Assembly: GCA_020184695.1 (NCBI GenBank)
Contig: JAANOX010000033.1
Span: forward strand, 124,001 to 188,000
Reading direction: 5' to 3'
DNA: 64,000 nt
Origin: Histomonas meleagridis 2922-C6/04-290x
Lineage: Eukaryota; Protista; Parabasalia
Shown here: piece after piece, positions 1 to 10,538 of the stretch
How the letters are laid out: each line of letters begins with the position of its first letter
Position numbering within the stretch: position 1 is the first letter of the stretch
Position numbers and translations under genes: made by a program
The notes under the pieces: model-generated
The model's input: the letters and a program-made list of their open reading frames with translations, nothing else
Database searches by the model: none
What the model was told of the DNA's origin: nothing

Positions 1-2
1 TT

Positions 3-2555
3 TTACATGGTCAAATTGGTGCCGGAGGCTTTGGTACTGTATACAAAGCCACTCGTTTATCCACAGCTGAAGTTGTAGCTGTTAAAGAATTACGGAGTGA
101 TCGAATTACAGTTGGTTCATGGACTTCACTTTATGCCGAAGTAGAAACTATGGCTTCTGTTCGTCATCAGTTTGTTTTAGAGTTAGTTGGGGCGCACATA
201 ACAGAGCCATATCGCATCATCACAAGATTTTGCTCAGGGAAGTCACTTTTCGACCGTTTACATCGTTGTTCTGATCCATCAGCTCGATTATCGCCTACAC
301 GCTTAACTATTATAGCATATGAAGTAGCGGTAGGTATGGAACATTTACATTCAATGAATATAGTTCATAGAGATTTAAAAACGTTAAATATATTATTAGA
401 TGAAGAAGATGACGGTTGCGTAGCTGATTTTGGACTTAGTGGGATGATGAAAGACAACCAAGAGTTATGTGGAGGTGTAGGAACTCCTCATTATACAGCA
501 CCTGAAGTATTATCACATACAAGATATGGGCCAAAAGTAGATTCTTTCTCTTATGGCGTAGTACTCTGGGAAATGTTAATGCGGAAAGTACCTTTTGGAG
601 ACATGTCACATATGGCGATATATGAACATGTCGTTACACGAGGTTGGAGACTTCCAGTGCCAAATGAAACACCAGAAGGACTTAAGAAGATGATTACACG
701 TTGCTGGAGTAAGAATCCAAATGACCGACCAGACTTTTCCGAAATCGTCCAACATTTTGAATCTGGCGATGTCTTTTTCCCAGGAAGTGAAAAGATTAAT
801 TTCCAAGAGATCAAAATGACGAAACGATGTCCACCTTTAGATTTAGACTATGCGTTACCAGTTCTTAAGAATCCATCTGATCCTCATTTTTCAAGTGTTT
901 CATATTTCATTGTCTCCAAAGTCGATGAGAAACTTCGGAATCGATTACGTAGTGAACATATCATAGAAGAATTAAAGAACGCGAAAGTCAACATCGAAAT
1001 TGTACTTTTGTTAGCATCTATTTTATTAGACGAATCAGAATTTTCTGACTTCTTTGAGAACGGCGGGTTACATATGTTCAAAGAATGCATGAAGAAACAA
1101 AGAGCGCAAATGATTTCTGCAGCAGTTCGTTTTGGACTTAAAGTTCCTCAACAATTATTAGTTCAATTACAGCCATTTATACCCGACTTAATACAATTTC
1201 TAACATCTAATTCATGTTTAACTAATCATCATATATTACAATTCTTAACACGTTTTGATAGTTCGTTGTTAAAAGATTTTGTATATGAAATTAGTACGGC
1301 ATTAGTTGAAGTTGGAGATAAAGTTGATGACCAATCAACATTCGATGCGATTGTTGCATTGTTACCATTATGTCAAAAGACATTAAAAATAGAACAACTT
1401 CGTACATTCTATCAGTTGTTAAGTTGTAATTTCATTGTTCCTTCTGTTTTCATCCAAACATTAATAGCGGTAAATGACACCGAAAAAAGACCCGAATTAA
1501 TATTCGCGATTTTAAAGGCAACTGCAAACTCAAACGTAACAAGTGACTTCGTTGATCTGTTACAAGAATGTCCAGATGACGTTTTGGAACGTGTTTCGAA
1601 AATGCCGAATTTGTTCGATACTATACATGACTTACTTAATAAGGGCGATGTAGTAGCGCCACTATTCTTATTGTTTTGTATTGCGCCTATTCATGATGCA
1701 TCTATAGCTTTAGCTGATTCACAATTGATGCAATCATTGATACAAATGAAAACACATAAAACTCAAAGATTACAAATTTTTACAGTGCTATGTAAATTCG
1801 AAGACTTCTGTACAAAGTTAAAAGATATCGATGGGATTTTACATCTTTTAGTCTCATCATTAAGTGAAAAACAACATGTAAATAGTGCTGTAAGATTAAT
1901 TGGAGCTTTATCTTCACATCCAACGGGCTGTCAAATTTTGAATGACAACGGAGTTTTAGAATTGTTTACACAGCTTTTTTTGAGTTCATCGTGCGACGAT
2001 ATAGTTACAACGCAGACGATACTCAGAAATGTGGCAAAAAACGGTTGTGATATTCCTCAAGTCAGTTTGATCGTTTCGTGTTTGATGCAGGATATGATGT
2101 ATGACCACTCAAAGAAATGCGAGATAATGGACACATTAGTGGCCCTCGTTGAGACTGTGCCTGGCAGTGTGCAAGAACATGACTTACAAAGAATTGTAAT
2201 GCAACAGTTTAATCAGGATAACCCTTTGTTAATACTTCTATCGTTGCGGCTTTTTGCGGTTTGTGATGTGAATGTTTTGAGAAATATTTATCCTCAGTTA
2301 TTGGGGGCAATCCATGGGTTGCTAAATAACCCTCAGTTGCTGTTCCCAGAAATAATTGAGGCAGCTTTGAATGTGATTAATAACCTATCGAAACAATATG
2401 ATTTGTCTGAATTTTTGAAGAAAACTGAATTGATTCGATTTATAGATGAAGTTATTGAACTTCTTCCGGAGGGTGATAGTAGAATTGAAACTTTCAAAAA
2501 TATATCAAATAATTTGGTTCAAAAAAATATCGGTATGGACTCATCTTCACATTGA
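3..2555 (+). CDS. TKL-family protein kinase with C-terminal ARM/HEAT-like helical region (5'-partial)
   Basis: The frame is open from position 3, upstream of the supplied ATG at 150, and reads LHGQIGAGGFGTVYKA...VVAVKE (Gly loop, VAVK). HRDLKTLN, DFG, GTPHYTAPE and CW-P-RP-F follow. The Leu-rich helical C-terminus ends at TGA. Confidence 0.9.
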   Translation, partial: LHGQIGAGGFGTVYKATRLSTAEVVAVKELRSDRITVGSWTSLYAEVETMASVRHQFVLELVGAHITEPYRIITRFCSGKSLFDRLHRCSDPSARLSPTRLTIIAYEVAVGMEHLHSMNIVHRDLKTLNILLDEEDDGCVADFGLSGMMKDNQELCGGVGTPHYTAPEVLSHTRYGPKVDSFSYGVVLWEMLMRKVPFGDMSHMAIYEHVVTRGWRLPVPNETPEGLKKMITRCWSKNPNDRPDFSEIVQHFESGDVFFPGSEKINFQEIKMTKRCPPLDLDYALPVLKNPSDPHFSSVSYFIVSKVDEKLRNRLRSEHIIEELKNAKVNIEIVLLLASILLDESEFSDFFENGGLHMFKECMKKQRAQMISAAVRFGLKVPQQLLVQLQPFIPDLIQFLTSNSCLTNHHILQFLTRFDSSLLKDFVYEISTALVEVGDKVDDQSTFDAIVALLPLCQKTLKIEQLRTFYQLLSCNFIVPSVFIQTLIAVNDTEKRPELIFAILKATANSNVTSDFVDLLQECPDDVLERVSKMPNLFDTIHDLLNKGDVVAPLFLLFCIAPIHDASIALADSQLMQSLIQMKTHKTQRLQIFTVLCKFEDFCTKLKDIDGILHLLVSSLSEKQHVNSAVRLIGALSSHPTGCQILNDNGVLELFTQLFLSSSCDDIVTTQTILRNVAKNGCDIPQVSLIVSCLMQDMMYDHSKKCEIMDTLVALVETVPGSVQEHDLQRIVMQQFNQDNPLLILLSLRLFAVCDVNVLRNIYPQLLGAIHGLLNNPQLLFPEIIEAALNVINNLSKQYDLSEFLKKTELIRFIDEVIELLPEGDSRIETFKNISNNLVQKNIGMDSSSH

Positions 2556-2813
2556 AATGTCGTTTTTTTACAGGAAACTTAATAAAAAATCTGTATCTTT
2601 TAAATATTTTTCTTTTAGCGATAAGCAAATTTTCCTAAAAAGTTGTATTTTTAGGCGAATTGTAAGTAAAATAATAAAGAAAATAAGTGAAGGGATTTGA
2701 TATGTTGATGCTTTGGTTATTCGTGATGAAATTTTTCATACTTAAGAACATTGAGTTGAATGAAAATATAAAATGCCATTTAAAATTGTTCAGAATTCGA
2801 AAAATGTCATCAA

Positions 2814-4010
2814 ATGGACAACAAACTTGATGTTACGAAAATAAATTACAAAAATTTAAATGAATTAGAAGGTAAACTTAAAGGCAATAGTAAATATGAA
2901 ACAGCATGTAATTACAGAGATTTTTCAAAATCATTTTTTGCAAATACTATTGATCCTAATAATAATAATTCTCAATTTATTTTAAGAAGACCAAAAAAAC
3001 CATTAGGTTTTTTTACGCTTACAAAAAGTGTTCTTCGTACTAATTTTTTAGATACATTTACTAAATCAATTGATATAAAAGCATCTCCTACATTTGGAAA
3101 TAAAATAAGAAGCTTATCTAAATCTGTATTTACTCGAAATTATCAAAGTATTTCAACAAAATTTGTATTTGACAATCAAAAAACATTCTATGAATTATTA
3201 TGTTTATATTTTAATACTTATGTAATTGGTGACAATGATGACGAACTTGCAACAGCAAGAGCTATAGAATCTTGGAAAATTAGCCTTAAAGAACTTCCAC
3301 ATTTTTATCATTTAGCCGATGAGATTTTTTATAATCCTTCTCATCCAATTTTAATTTCATTACTTAATAATGATCCACAAGTAATGCAAGATATTAAAAC
3401 AGATGTGCTTGTTTCCCCATTTTTTTCACTTGGAAGAAACTTAACGTCCCCCGACACTTTTTCTAAAGCAAAATATAATTTTCTTGATAACTCTAAAAAC
3501 TATCTTCACAAAGGTGATGTATCAATTGTTCCTGTTCCTGAAGGTGTTAAAATAGATTCTGATCAAGAAATTACAGAATCATATGCAGAACTTATAGCTC
3601 AAAAGAAATGGGAATTAATTCTTGAAAAAATTTCAAAAGAAAACTATCGAACTATGAAAGAACAAAACCTTTATTCCTTAAAAGCAGCCGTTCTCTGTAA
3701 GTTAGGGAAGTATATGGACGCATTAGTCGAATGTAGAACAGCAATGTATTTACCAAAAATGTTCGAGAAAACAAAAAGCTTGCAAAACGCTATTTGGATG
3801 TTGATTGAAAGTGAGGACAAACCATTAGATGTGGATGGAATGGTAATGAACGATTTTGATGTTGATATGCCAATGGGAGATAAACCAAATGGCCTTGTAA
3901 TACCGCTGCCGCCTTTCGACTTTGGAAACAACTTTACAACCAAAAACCACTTAAAAAGATTTAATTTTCCATTGTTCGATTTGCCTCCTAAAAGAAAAAA
4001 GCTTCGATGA
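2814..4010 (+). CDS. Hypothetical protein with a possible single TPR-like helix pair near the C-terminus
   Basis: 398-codon ATG ORF. The segment YSLKAAVLCKLGKYMDALVECRTA is TPR-like. No other recognisable motif. Confidence 0.7.
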   Translation: MDNKLDVTKINYKNLNELEGKLKGNSKYETACNYRDFSKSFFANTIDPNNNNSQFILRRPKKPLGFFTLTKSVLRTNFLDTFTKSIDIKASPTFGNKIRSLSKSVFTRNYQSISTKFVFDNQKTFYELLCLYFNTYVIGDNDDELATARAIESWKISLKELPHFYHLADEIFYNPSHPILISLLNNDPQVMQDIKTDVLVSPFFSLGRNLTSPDTFSKAKYNFLDNSKNYLHKGDVSIVPVPEGVKIDSDQEITESYAELIAQKKWELILEKISKENYRTMKEQNLYSLKAAVLCKLGKYMDALVECRTAMYLPKMFEKTKSLQNAIWMLIESEDKPLDVDGMVMNDFDVDMPMGDKPNGLVIPLPPFDFGNNFTTKNHLKRFNFPLFDLPPKRKKLR

Positions 4011-4348
4011 AAGAAATCGATTCCGGAATCTTTGCTTAAGTTTGTATTTAGAGATGTTTTAAAAATATCATATTTATAAATTGCTATATAATAAAATATT
4101 TATTTCTTTATGAAACCTTTGAGCTAAAAAAAATTCGACATAAATTCAACTAAATTAAAGCGTAACAATTAAGATGGAAAAGATAAGTTTAATTTGCGAG
4201 TTTTATATTAATAAATGCTATGTTTTTCAAACTCGAATAATAAGGAAACATTTGCTGTGATTAATCCAAACAGGAACATGAAATTTACGTAAAAACGGGT
4301 ATTCTTTAGTTCGTTGATCAAAGAAAGAGACATATGATATGAAATAGT

Positions 4349-5038
4349 ATGGGAGAAAGAAGAGTTCAATCTAGCTACATCCCTTCTGATTTCGATCCAT
4401 CAAAAGTTGGCAGACGAAGCAAGCCACAACATGGCCAACATGATGTACGGTTCATGCTCCCAATGTCTATTCAATGTAAGAATTGTGGTGATTATATGTT
4501 TCAAGGAACAAAAGCTAACGCACGAAAAGAGTTATGTTATGATGAATTTTATTTAGATATTCCTGTTTATCGTATTTATTTCCATTGCAAAAATTGTTAT
4601 TCAGAAATCACAATCAAAACAGATCCAAAAAACTGTGATTACATTGTTGAACAGGGTGCCTCTAGGCATTTTGAGCCATGGAGGAAGGTTCAATTAGAAA
4701 ATGCAGAAGAGGCCAAAATGAAAATTCAGAAAAGCACAATAGAAGTTCTTGAATCAAACTTCAAAGTCAAAAACAGAGAAATACTTCAAGCTCAGGAAAT
4801 TGAGCGCCTCAGTTTACAAGCTCACAAAAGGAAAAAGGTAAAACCAAAAGATCTAATTAAAATTCATGAAGCAGAAGCAAAGACAAAGAACTTAACTGAT
4901 AGTGATATTAAACTTATAGAAGAGTTTGAAGAGAAGCCTACTAATAATGTGAACAAGAAAGAGAAGGTAAAAACGTTTTTTAAATTTGGAGCTGGTCATT
5001 TTGCAAAAAATTCAAACTTTGGTGTAATAGATGATTAA
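4349..5038 (+). CDS. YJU2: Splicing factor YJU2/CWC16 (CCDC94 family)
   Basis: MGERRVQSSYIPSDFDPSK, VRFMLPMSIQCKNCGDY and YRIYFHCKNCYSEITIKTDPKNCDYIVEQGASR (two CxxC zinc motifs) match the family N-terminus. Confidence 0.92.
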   Translation: MGERRVQSSYIPSDFDPSKVGRRSKPQHGQHDVRFMLPMSIQCKNCGDYMFQGTKANARKELCYDEFYLDIPVYRIYFHCKNCYSEITIKTDPKNCDYIVEQGASRHFEPWRKVQLENAEEAKMKIQKSTIEVLESNFKVKNREILQAQEIERLSLQAHKRKKVKPKDLIKIHEAEAKTKNLTDSDIKLIEEFEEKPTNNVNKKEKVKTFFKFGAGHFAKNSNFGVIDD

Positions 5039-5715
5039 AGCGTTTGTTGTTTGTTTAATAAAAATATTTCATGCTTTTTATTATAATTAATGATACGAGC
5101 TTTAATTTTTGCGCTTAAATTGAATAGTTAATTTCGGTTTGCATATCAAACGGTTGTTTTGAAAAAGTTTGTAACGCATAATTCAATAAGAAAAATTGTT
5201 TCCGTCTGAAAAATCAGCCGATAACCTTTGAAAAATTGTATTCGTTGACCAACGACGTGTTAACACCGGTTTGGTGTTAAAAATCAATAAAAATTTGTTT
5301 TTTACGAGCTTAAAATATTTAATCACCTAACACTCTTGGATTATTATTTTTGAGTCATCATTCTCTGATTATCGCTGATATATGAAGTGAACACTGGGAT
5401 TTATTAAAGAATAAGTTTTTTGTTCACCGGTGAACCTTCGGAAATTGAAAATTCTGTATCAATCTGGACGACATTTCAATATAGTTTGTGATAAAGAGAG
5501 TCGCTTCGGAATTCAATATTTGTGCGGCAACTTGATTGAATTTTCAATAGAAATAAAATTTTTATATCTATGAAAAAGTTGGATGGGGAAACCCATTCAA
5601 TCCATTCAAAATTTTCTTCCAACATGGCTTTCGTATGAAATTGAATAGCTAACGCTCCCGTTGTAAGTTTATAACAATATGAAAAATCCTACCGCAGAAA
5701 ACTCCCAATATCTCT

Positions 5716-5720
5716 TCATT
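5716..5720 (+). promoter_or_regulatory. Trichomonad initiator (Inr)-like element TCATT
   Basis: Matches the TCAYT/A consensus and ends 7 nt before the transporter ATG at 5728. The motif is short, so its position is the main support. Confidence 0.55.
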
Positions 5721-5727
5721 ATTTTTA

Positions 5728-6948
5728 ATGGGTTTCTTCAATAAGTATCTTGGTTTCGTATGCATCATATCCTTAGGGTCATTCCTTTGTGGTCAAGCCA
5801 TTGGATATTATTCTCCAGTTGGAACACCTTTCCAAGTCGAAATGCAAATCTCGAGCGAGCTTTCTAATTGGTTCAATACATTACATTCTCTTTGCGCTAT
5901 TCTTGGTGGTCCAATTAATCAGTTATTGATTCCAAAAATTGGATGCAAAAAGATGACATTTTCAACTTCAGTTGTTTGTGGTGTTGCTTGGGTTCTTCTT
6001 TCAATTACCAAAAGATCTTTTTATTGGCTAGGTTTTGTTGCAAGATGTATTCTTGGTTTATGCACAGGTTCATTTTCGGGAGTTTGTTCCATGTACATAG
6101 TTGAAATATCACCAGATGAATATCGTGGAGCATATGGAGTTGTTCATCAATTAATGATTACTATTGGTATTGCATGGGCTTATTTACTTGGTATTTTCTG
6201 TACATGGCGTTTACTTACTTATCTTTGCATCATTTTCCCATGTATTCTCTGTGTATTGATTTGGTTTGTTCCAGAAAGTCCACGTAGCAATTTGAATGAA
6301 GACAATGACGTTGAAAAAGAAAGTCTTTTCCAAAAGAAATTTGTTTATGCAATTGTTTCGTCGATTTGTCTTATTGTCTTCCAACAATTCTCAGGTATTA
6401 ATCCGATTTTAACAAACCTTCAACCAATCTTTACTGCATCAGGAATTGATTTAGAACCATCAATTTGTTCATTTATTACGGGTATTGCACAGGTTATTTC
6501 AACCTGCGTTGCATCATTCTTTGTGCAAAAATTGGGTCGTAGACCTTCATGGATTGTGTCAGCCATTGGACAAGCGGTCGGTCTATACTTAATGTGGGCA
6601 CAAGAAACATGGAAAATCAGCCCTTATCTTGCGCTCGTTTCATTGTTCATTGATGTTTTCTGCTTCGGATTAGCTTATGGACCTATTCCATGGTTAATTG
6701 TTCCAGAATTATTCCCTGATAGCGTTAGGACACTTGCGGTTTCACTTGGTACTGCATTGAACTGGTTAATGAGCTCAATTACTATATACATATGGCCGCC
6801 AATGTCTACATCTATGGGAAGTTGGGGATTCTTCTTCTTCGGAGCAATATGCACCATTTCTGTTGTATATGGATTCGTTTTCATGCCTGAAACTAAAGGA
6901 AAAGAAATTGGTGAAATAGAGGAAAAGAATACCGACGATGAAGTTTAG
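5728..6948 (+). CDS. MFS sugar porter (GLUT8/ERD6-like hexose transporter)
   Basis: About 12 hydrophobic segments. Sugar-porter motifs: MYIVEISPDEYRG, VPESPR, QQFSGIN, KLGRR, GPIPWLIVPELFP, PETKGK. Confidence 0.92.
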   Translation: MGFFNKYLGFVCIISLGSFLCGQAIGYYSPVGTPFQVEMQISSELSNWFNTLHSLCAILGGPINQLLIPKIGCKKMTFSTSVVCGVAWVLLSITKRSFYWLGFVARCILGLCTGSFSGVCSMYIVEISPDEYRGAYGVVHQLMITIGIAWAYLLGIFCTWRLLTYLCIIFPCILCVLIWFVPESPRSNLNEDNDVEKESLFQKKFVYAIVSSICLIVFQQFSGINPILTNLQPIFTASGIDLEPSICSFITGIAQVISTCVASFFVQKLGRRPSWIVSAIGQAVGLYLMWAQETWKISPYLALVSLFIDVFCFGLAYGPIPWLIVPELFPDSVRTLAVSLGTALNWLMSSITIYIWPPMSTSMGSWGFFFFGAICTISVVYGFVFMPETKGKEIGEIEEKNTDDEV

Positions 6949-7428
6949 TGAATGAATTATTATTAAAATTAAGTTATGAATATATTAAATTTTGGTTTTT
7001 GTAATTTTTTAGTAATTTTGCGAATTCTTTCTGTTTATGTAAAGAATTTTTGTGATATGTTCTTAATTAATTTCCCGAGTAAAATTTTTATAGATTTTGC
7101 ATATCTGATTCAATATGATATATGAAATTTTATAATTGTAATATTATATTCATATTTTTGATGTTTATAATATTAATGATAATTGATCTCATATTATTTC
7201 AATATTTAAAATAAAGCGAAAATTTCAACATAAATACCATGTAATGAATTACTGTAACATAATATTACTAAATATTTAACTTTATTTATATTAATAATCG
7301 GAATAGTTTGCATCGAGAATATTTGCCAAATTTTGAATGAATGACAGATGTAAACTTTTTGAAAAGTATCGAACACCGTTCGACACTTTTAAAATTTGGC
7401 TAGTTGAATTGCTACACAAAATTAAAAA

Positions 7429-8613
7429 ATGAACGAATCAGCTCAAGGAAAAGTAATTCAAAATTACATTCTTATTAAGTGCCTAAAAGAAAATACTGAA
7501 GGATCAACGTGGCTTGCACAGCATAAAATATGTCATAATAATGTTCTCATCAAAATTATTCCAAAAATTACTCTTGAAACAGAAACCATGAAGACTCAAT
7601 TTAACCGTGAAGTAAACATGGCCAAACAGCTTAGGCATCCATTTATTTCAGAATTTTATGAATGTTTTTCTGATGATAATTACTATTATTTGGTGGAAGA
7701 GTATGCTGAGAATGGAAGTATTCATGATTACATCACTGCTAATGGTCGTCTTACAGAAATTCAAGCTCGACGATATTTTTCTCAAATCATTCTTGTATTA
7801 GAATATCTTCATAATGATAAATACATAGCACACCGTGATCTTAATACCAACAACATTCTCCTTGATCGAAATTGTAATGTTCGTGTAACAAGTTTTGGAT
7901 TCAGTAATATCTTTACCAATCAAACTCCCGATTTAAAGACCGTATGTGGTCTCCCAGCGTATGCATCTCCTGAGATGATCAAAGGGAACTCGTACACCAA
8001 ATCCACGGACATATGGAGTTCGGGAATAATATTATATTTTTTAGTCACCGGAAATTTACCTTTTGAAGACGAAAACACGCAGCGCTTACTCCAAAAAATT
8101 GTTTATACTGACATACGTTATCCCTCATTTTTATCGATACCATTAGTTGATCTTCTCAAGAAGCTTTTACTTAAAGATCCCGAAAAGCGCCTAACACTTG
8201 AAGGGATCAAAGAGCACATCTGGTTCAGTCAATGTGAGTATAATGTCATTGAGCAATTTAAGGCCAATTACGATTCACAAAGTAATGTCATCGACAAAGA
8301 AATTGTACAAAAAATGTCGGAAGATGGCGTCGACTGCAGTTTATTCAACGAAACATTAAATGAAATCGACGAAAGCAACGAATATTTGATATTATACAAA
8401 CAATTACTAAGGCAAAAAGATGACGGACTCAATGAACGACTTAACTGCGCAGCTCGTCAGCTACAAAAAGGCAAATGCCGCAAAGAAGGCTCTTGTTTTC
8501 TAACGCAAGCAATAGTAATAACAACGCGAAGAACATTCGCGGCTCGATGCTATCAGATAAAAGCGCCGGCTTGCTCGGATTCCCTTCAGCAAATCCGCAG
8601 CAGCAGCAAATGA
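7429..8613 (+). CDS. CAMK/AMPK-like probable pseudokinase; C-terminal tail probably frameshifted
   Basis: The kinase fold is recognisable (LRHPFI, HRDL, YASPE, DIWSSGIILY, LPFED). The Gly loop is lost (LKENTEGSTW), HRDLKxxN reads HRDLNTNN and DFG reads SFG. Confidence 0.85.
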   Translation: MNESAQGKVIQNYILIKCLKENTEGSTWLAQHKICHNNVLIKIIPKITLETETMKTQFNREVNMAKQLRHPFISEFYECFSDDNYYYLVEEYAENGSIHDYITANGRLTEIQARRYFSQIILVLEYLHNDKYIAHRDLNTNNILLDRNCNVRVTSFGFSNIFTNQTPDLKTVCGLPAYASPEMIKGNSYTKSTDIWSSGIILYFLVTGNLPFEDENTQRLLQKIVYTDIRYPSFLSIPLVDLLKKLLLKDPEKRLTLEGIKEHIWFSQCEYNVIEQFKANYDSQSNVIDKEIVQKMSEDGVDCSLFNETLNEIDESNEYLILYKQLLRQKDDGLNERLNCAARQLQKGKCRKEGSCFLTQAIVITTRRTFAARCYQIKAPACSDSLQQIRSSSK

Positions 8614-8774
8614 AGGAAATGTTCCCCGGATCGCTGAGCCCACCGCGAATGGTGAAGACTTTGCCACTACAGAGCCACGTGACTGCGCCGCCAAGAAGGT
8701 TGTCGAGGCCGGTGGCGGTGAGAAGGCCTATAAGTGGAATGCCGGACTTAATGCACAAAAGTCAAGAAATGTAA
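8475..8774 (+). other. Probable out-of-frame C-terminal tail of the 7429 kinase
   Basis: Overlaps the kinase 3' end in another frame and encodes a Pro/Ser/Arg-rich low-complexity tail (SPPR...APPRRLSRPVAVRRP). The raised GC continues to its stop at 8774. Confidence 0.55.
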
Positions 8775-9146
8775 AGTAAATTAATGTATTCTTTAAACGT
8801 TTATAAGCATTAGGAAACGAAATAAATGTTGTTACTTAGTAAATTGCGTTGTGCAAAACATTATCAACTTTGCATTCATTGTATTGGTGATTATATAGTT
8901 TGAAAATGCAATGAAACGATTAGATAAATTAATAAATTGAGATGGGGAATCGTATGTATCGATCTTGTTACGTTAGGTGTTGAAATGGTAGAGTAGCCAA
9001 TTTTGGATTTCAACGCATCTAAAAAGATCTTGCTTTAATAGTTTTTAAAAAAATTTAGTACAATGCTTTCATTTATTTATGCTTTAAAGGTTTCTTTCTA
9101 TGATTACTGTACAGTTTTTATTAGAATTTAAGAGTAAAATTGATCT

Positions 9147-10538
9147 TTAAAATAAAATTAGCATGAGAAAAGAAGAAATACTTACACCAAATACAAGTGC
9201 TTTTGTTATTGAAGAAGACTTTGGCTGAAATGAATTTGATGATGTATTTGATTGTGTGTATGATTTGGAATATATGTTAGAATTTGTTTTTGTTGAAGAG
9301 AATGTATGTGTTGGGGAAAATGTATTCGATTTTGTAAATGATTTTGTTGGCCACGGATTACAATTTTCTATTGTTGTTCCAATTGATACATTAAGTTTAC
9401 CAAATGTTGTTGAATTATAAGTCTCTAATGTCATTACGCATTTTATAGGAGAACCTTTAAATGCATCTTTATTAACATTAGGTTCTGAGTGACCATAATA
9501 ATAAACACAAGTAAGAGAAATACAATTTTCAAATGCTTGACTTTCAATTGATTTTACACTTCCACTTATTATAACTACTGATAAATTAGTGCAATTTCCA
9601 AAGGTTTTCCCACTAATTAAAGTCAATGAATTTGGAATTTCAATTTTTTTAAGAGAAACACATAAATAAAATGCACCATAATCAATTTTAGTTAAGTTGT
9701 TTCCAAAAATAACATTTGTCAATTTACTACAAATAGCAAATGCATTCTCTCCAATTACATGAAGTGAATTTGGTAATTTAATTTCTTTAAGTGAAATACA
9801 ACAAGCAAATGAATTTGAACCAATTTCTGTTAATTTTTCATTAAAAATTACTTCTGATAATGCACTGCGACTTTGAAATGCATGAATTCCAATTATAGAA
9901 AATGATTTAGGGAATATAATTCTTTTAAGTAAATAGCAATCAAGAAAGGCACTTCTAGAAATTTTGGTAAGCTTTTCTCCAAAAATAACTTCTGTTAATA
10001 TCCGACATTTTTCAAATGCAGATTCTTCAATTATAAAAATTGAATTTGGTAATTTAATCTTTTCAAGTGAAAAGCATTCATAAAATGTATATTTGTTAAT
10101 TACTGTTATATTTTCTCCTAAAATAACGTTTGATAATTTTGAGCAAAAAGAAAATGTATATTCCTCAATAGTTACCGAATTTGATAAATTAATGCTTTCA
10201 AGTAATGAACATCGACCGAATGCGTTTTTCTTGATTTTGATTAATTTTTCATTAAAAATAACTTTTGATAATTTTGTGCATTGATAAAATGCTGAACTAC
10301 CAATTGAAGTAACTGAATTTCCAATTTTAACAGAGGCTAAATTAGTCCAACCTTTAAATTCATCAGAAGGTATTTCAATAACTCCATCAGCAATAACCAA
10401 AAATAATGCCTCTGTTTTATATTGTTTTGCTTTTTCAAAATCTTTTTGTGTTTGTATCGTAAGTGTTTTTGTATTATTATCAAATATATCAGTTTGAAAT
10501 GCTCGAATTATAAGATTGCAAAATATAAGAGAAATCAT
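9147..10538 (-). CDS. BspA-like (TpLRR/LRR_5) surface protein
   Basis: N-terminal hydrophobic signal, about 13 repeats of the type LxxIxLPNSLxxIGxxAFxxC, the cap CVYYYGHSEP, an S/T-rich stalk and a terminal hydrophobic segment followed directly by the stop. Confidence 0.92.
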   Translation of the reverse strand: MISLIFCNLIIRAFQTDIFDNNTKTLTIQTQKDFEKAKQYKTEALFLVIADGVIEIPSDEFKGWTNLASVKIGNSVTSIGSSAFYQCTKLSKVIFNEKLIKIKKNAFGRCSLLESINLSNSVTIEEYTFSFCSKLSNVILGENITVINKYTFYECFSLEKIKLPNSIFIIEESAFEKCRILTEVIFGEKLTKISRSAFLDCYLLKRIIFPKSFSIIGIHAFQSRSALSEVIFNEKLTEIGSNSFACCISLKEIKLPNSLHVIGENAFAICSKLTNVIFGNNLTKIDYGAFYLCVSLKKIEIPNSLTLISGKTFGNCTNLSVVIISGSVKSIESQAFENCISLTCVYYYGHSEPNVNKDAFKGSPIKCVMTLETYNSTTFGKLNVSIGTTIENCNPWPTKSFTKSNTFSPTHTFSSTKTNSNIYSKSYTQSNTSSNSFQPKSSSITKALVFGVSISSFLMLILF

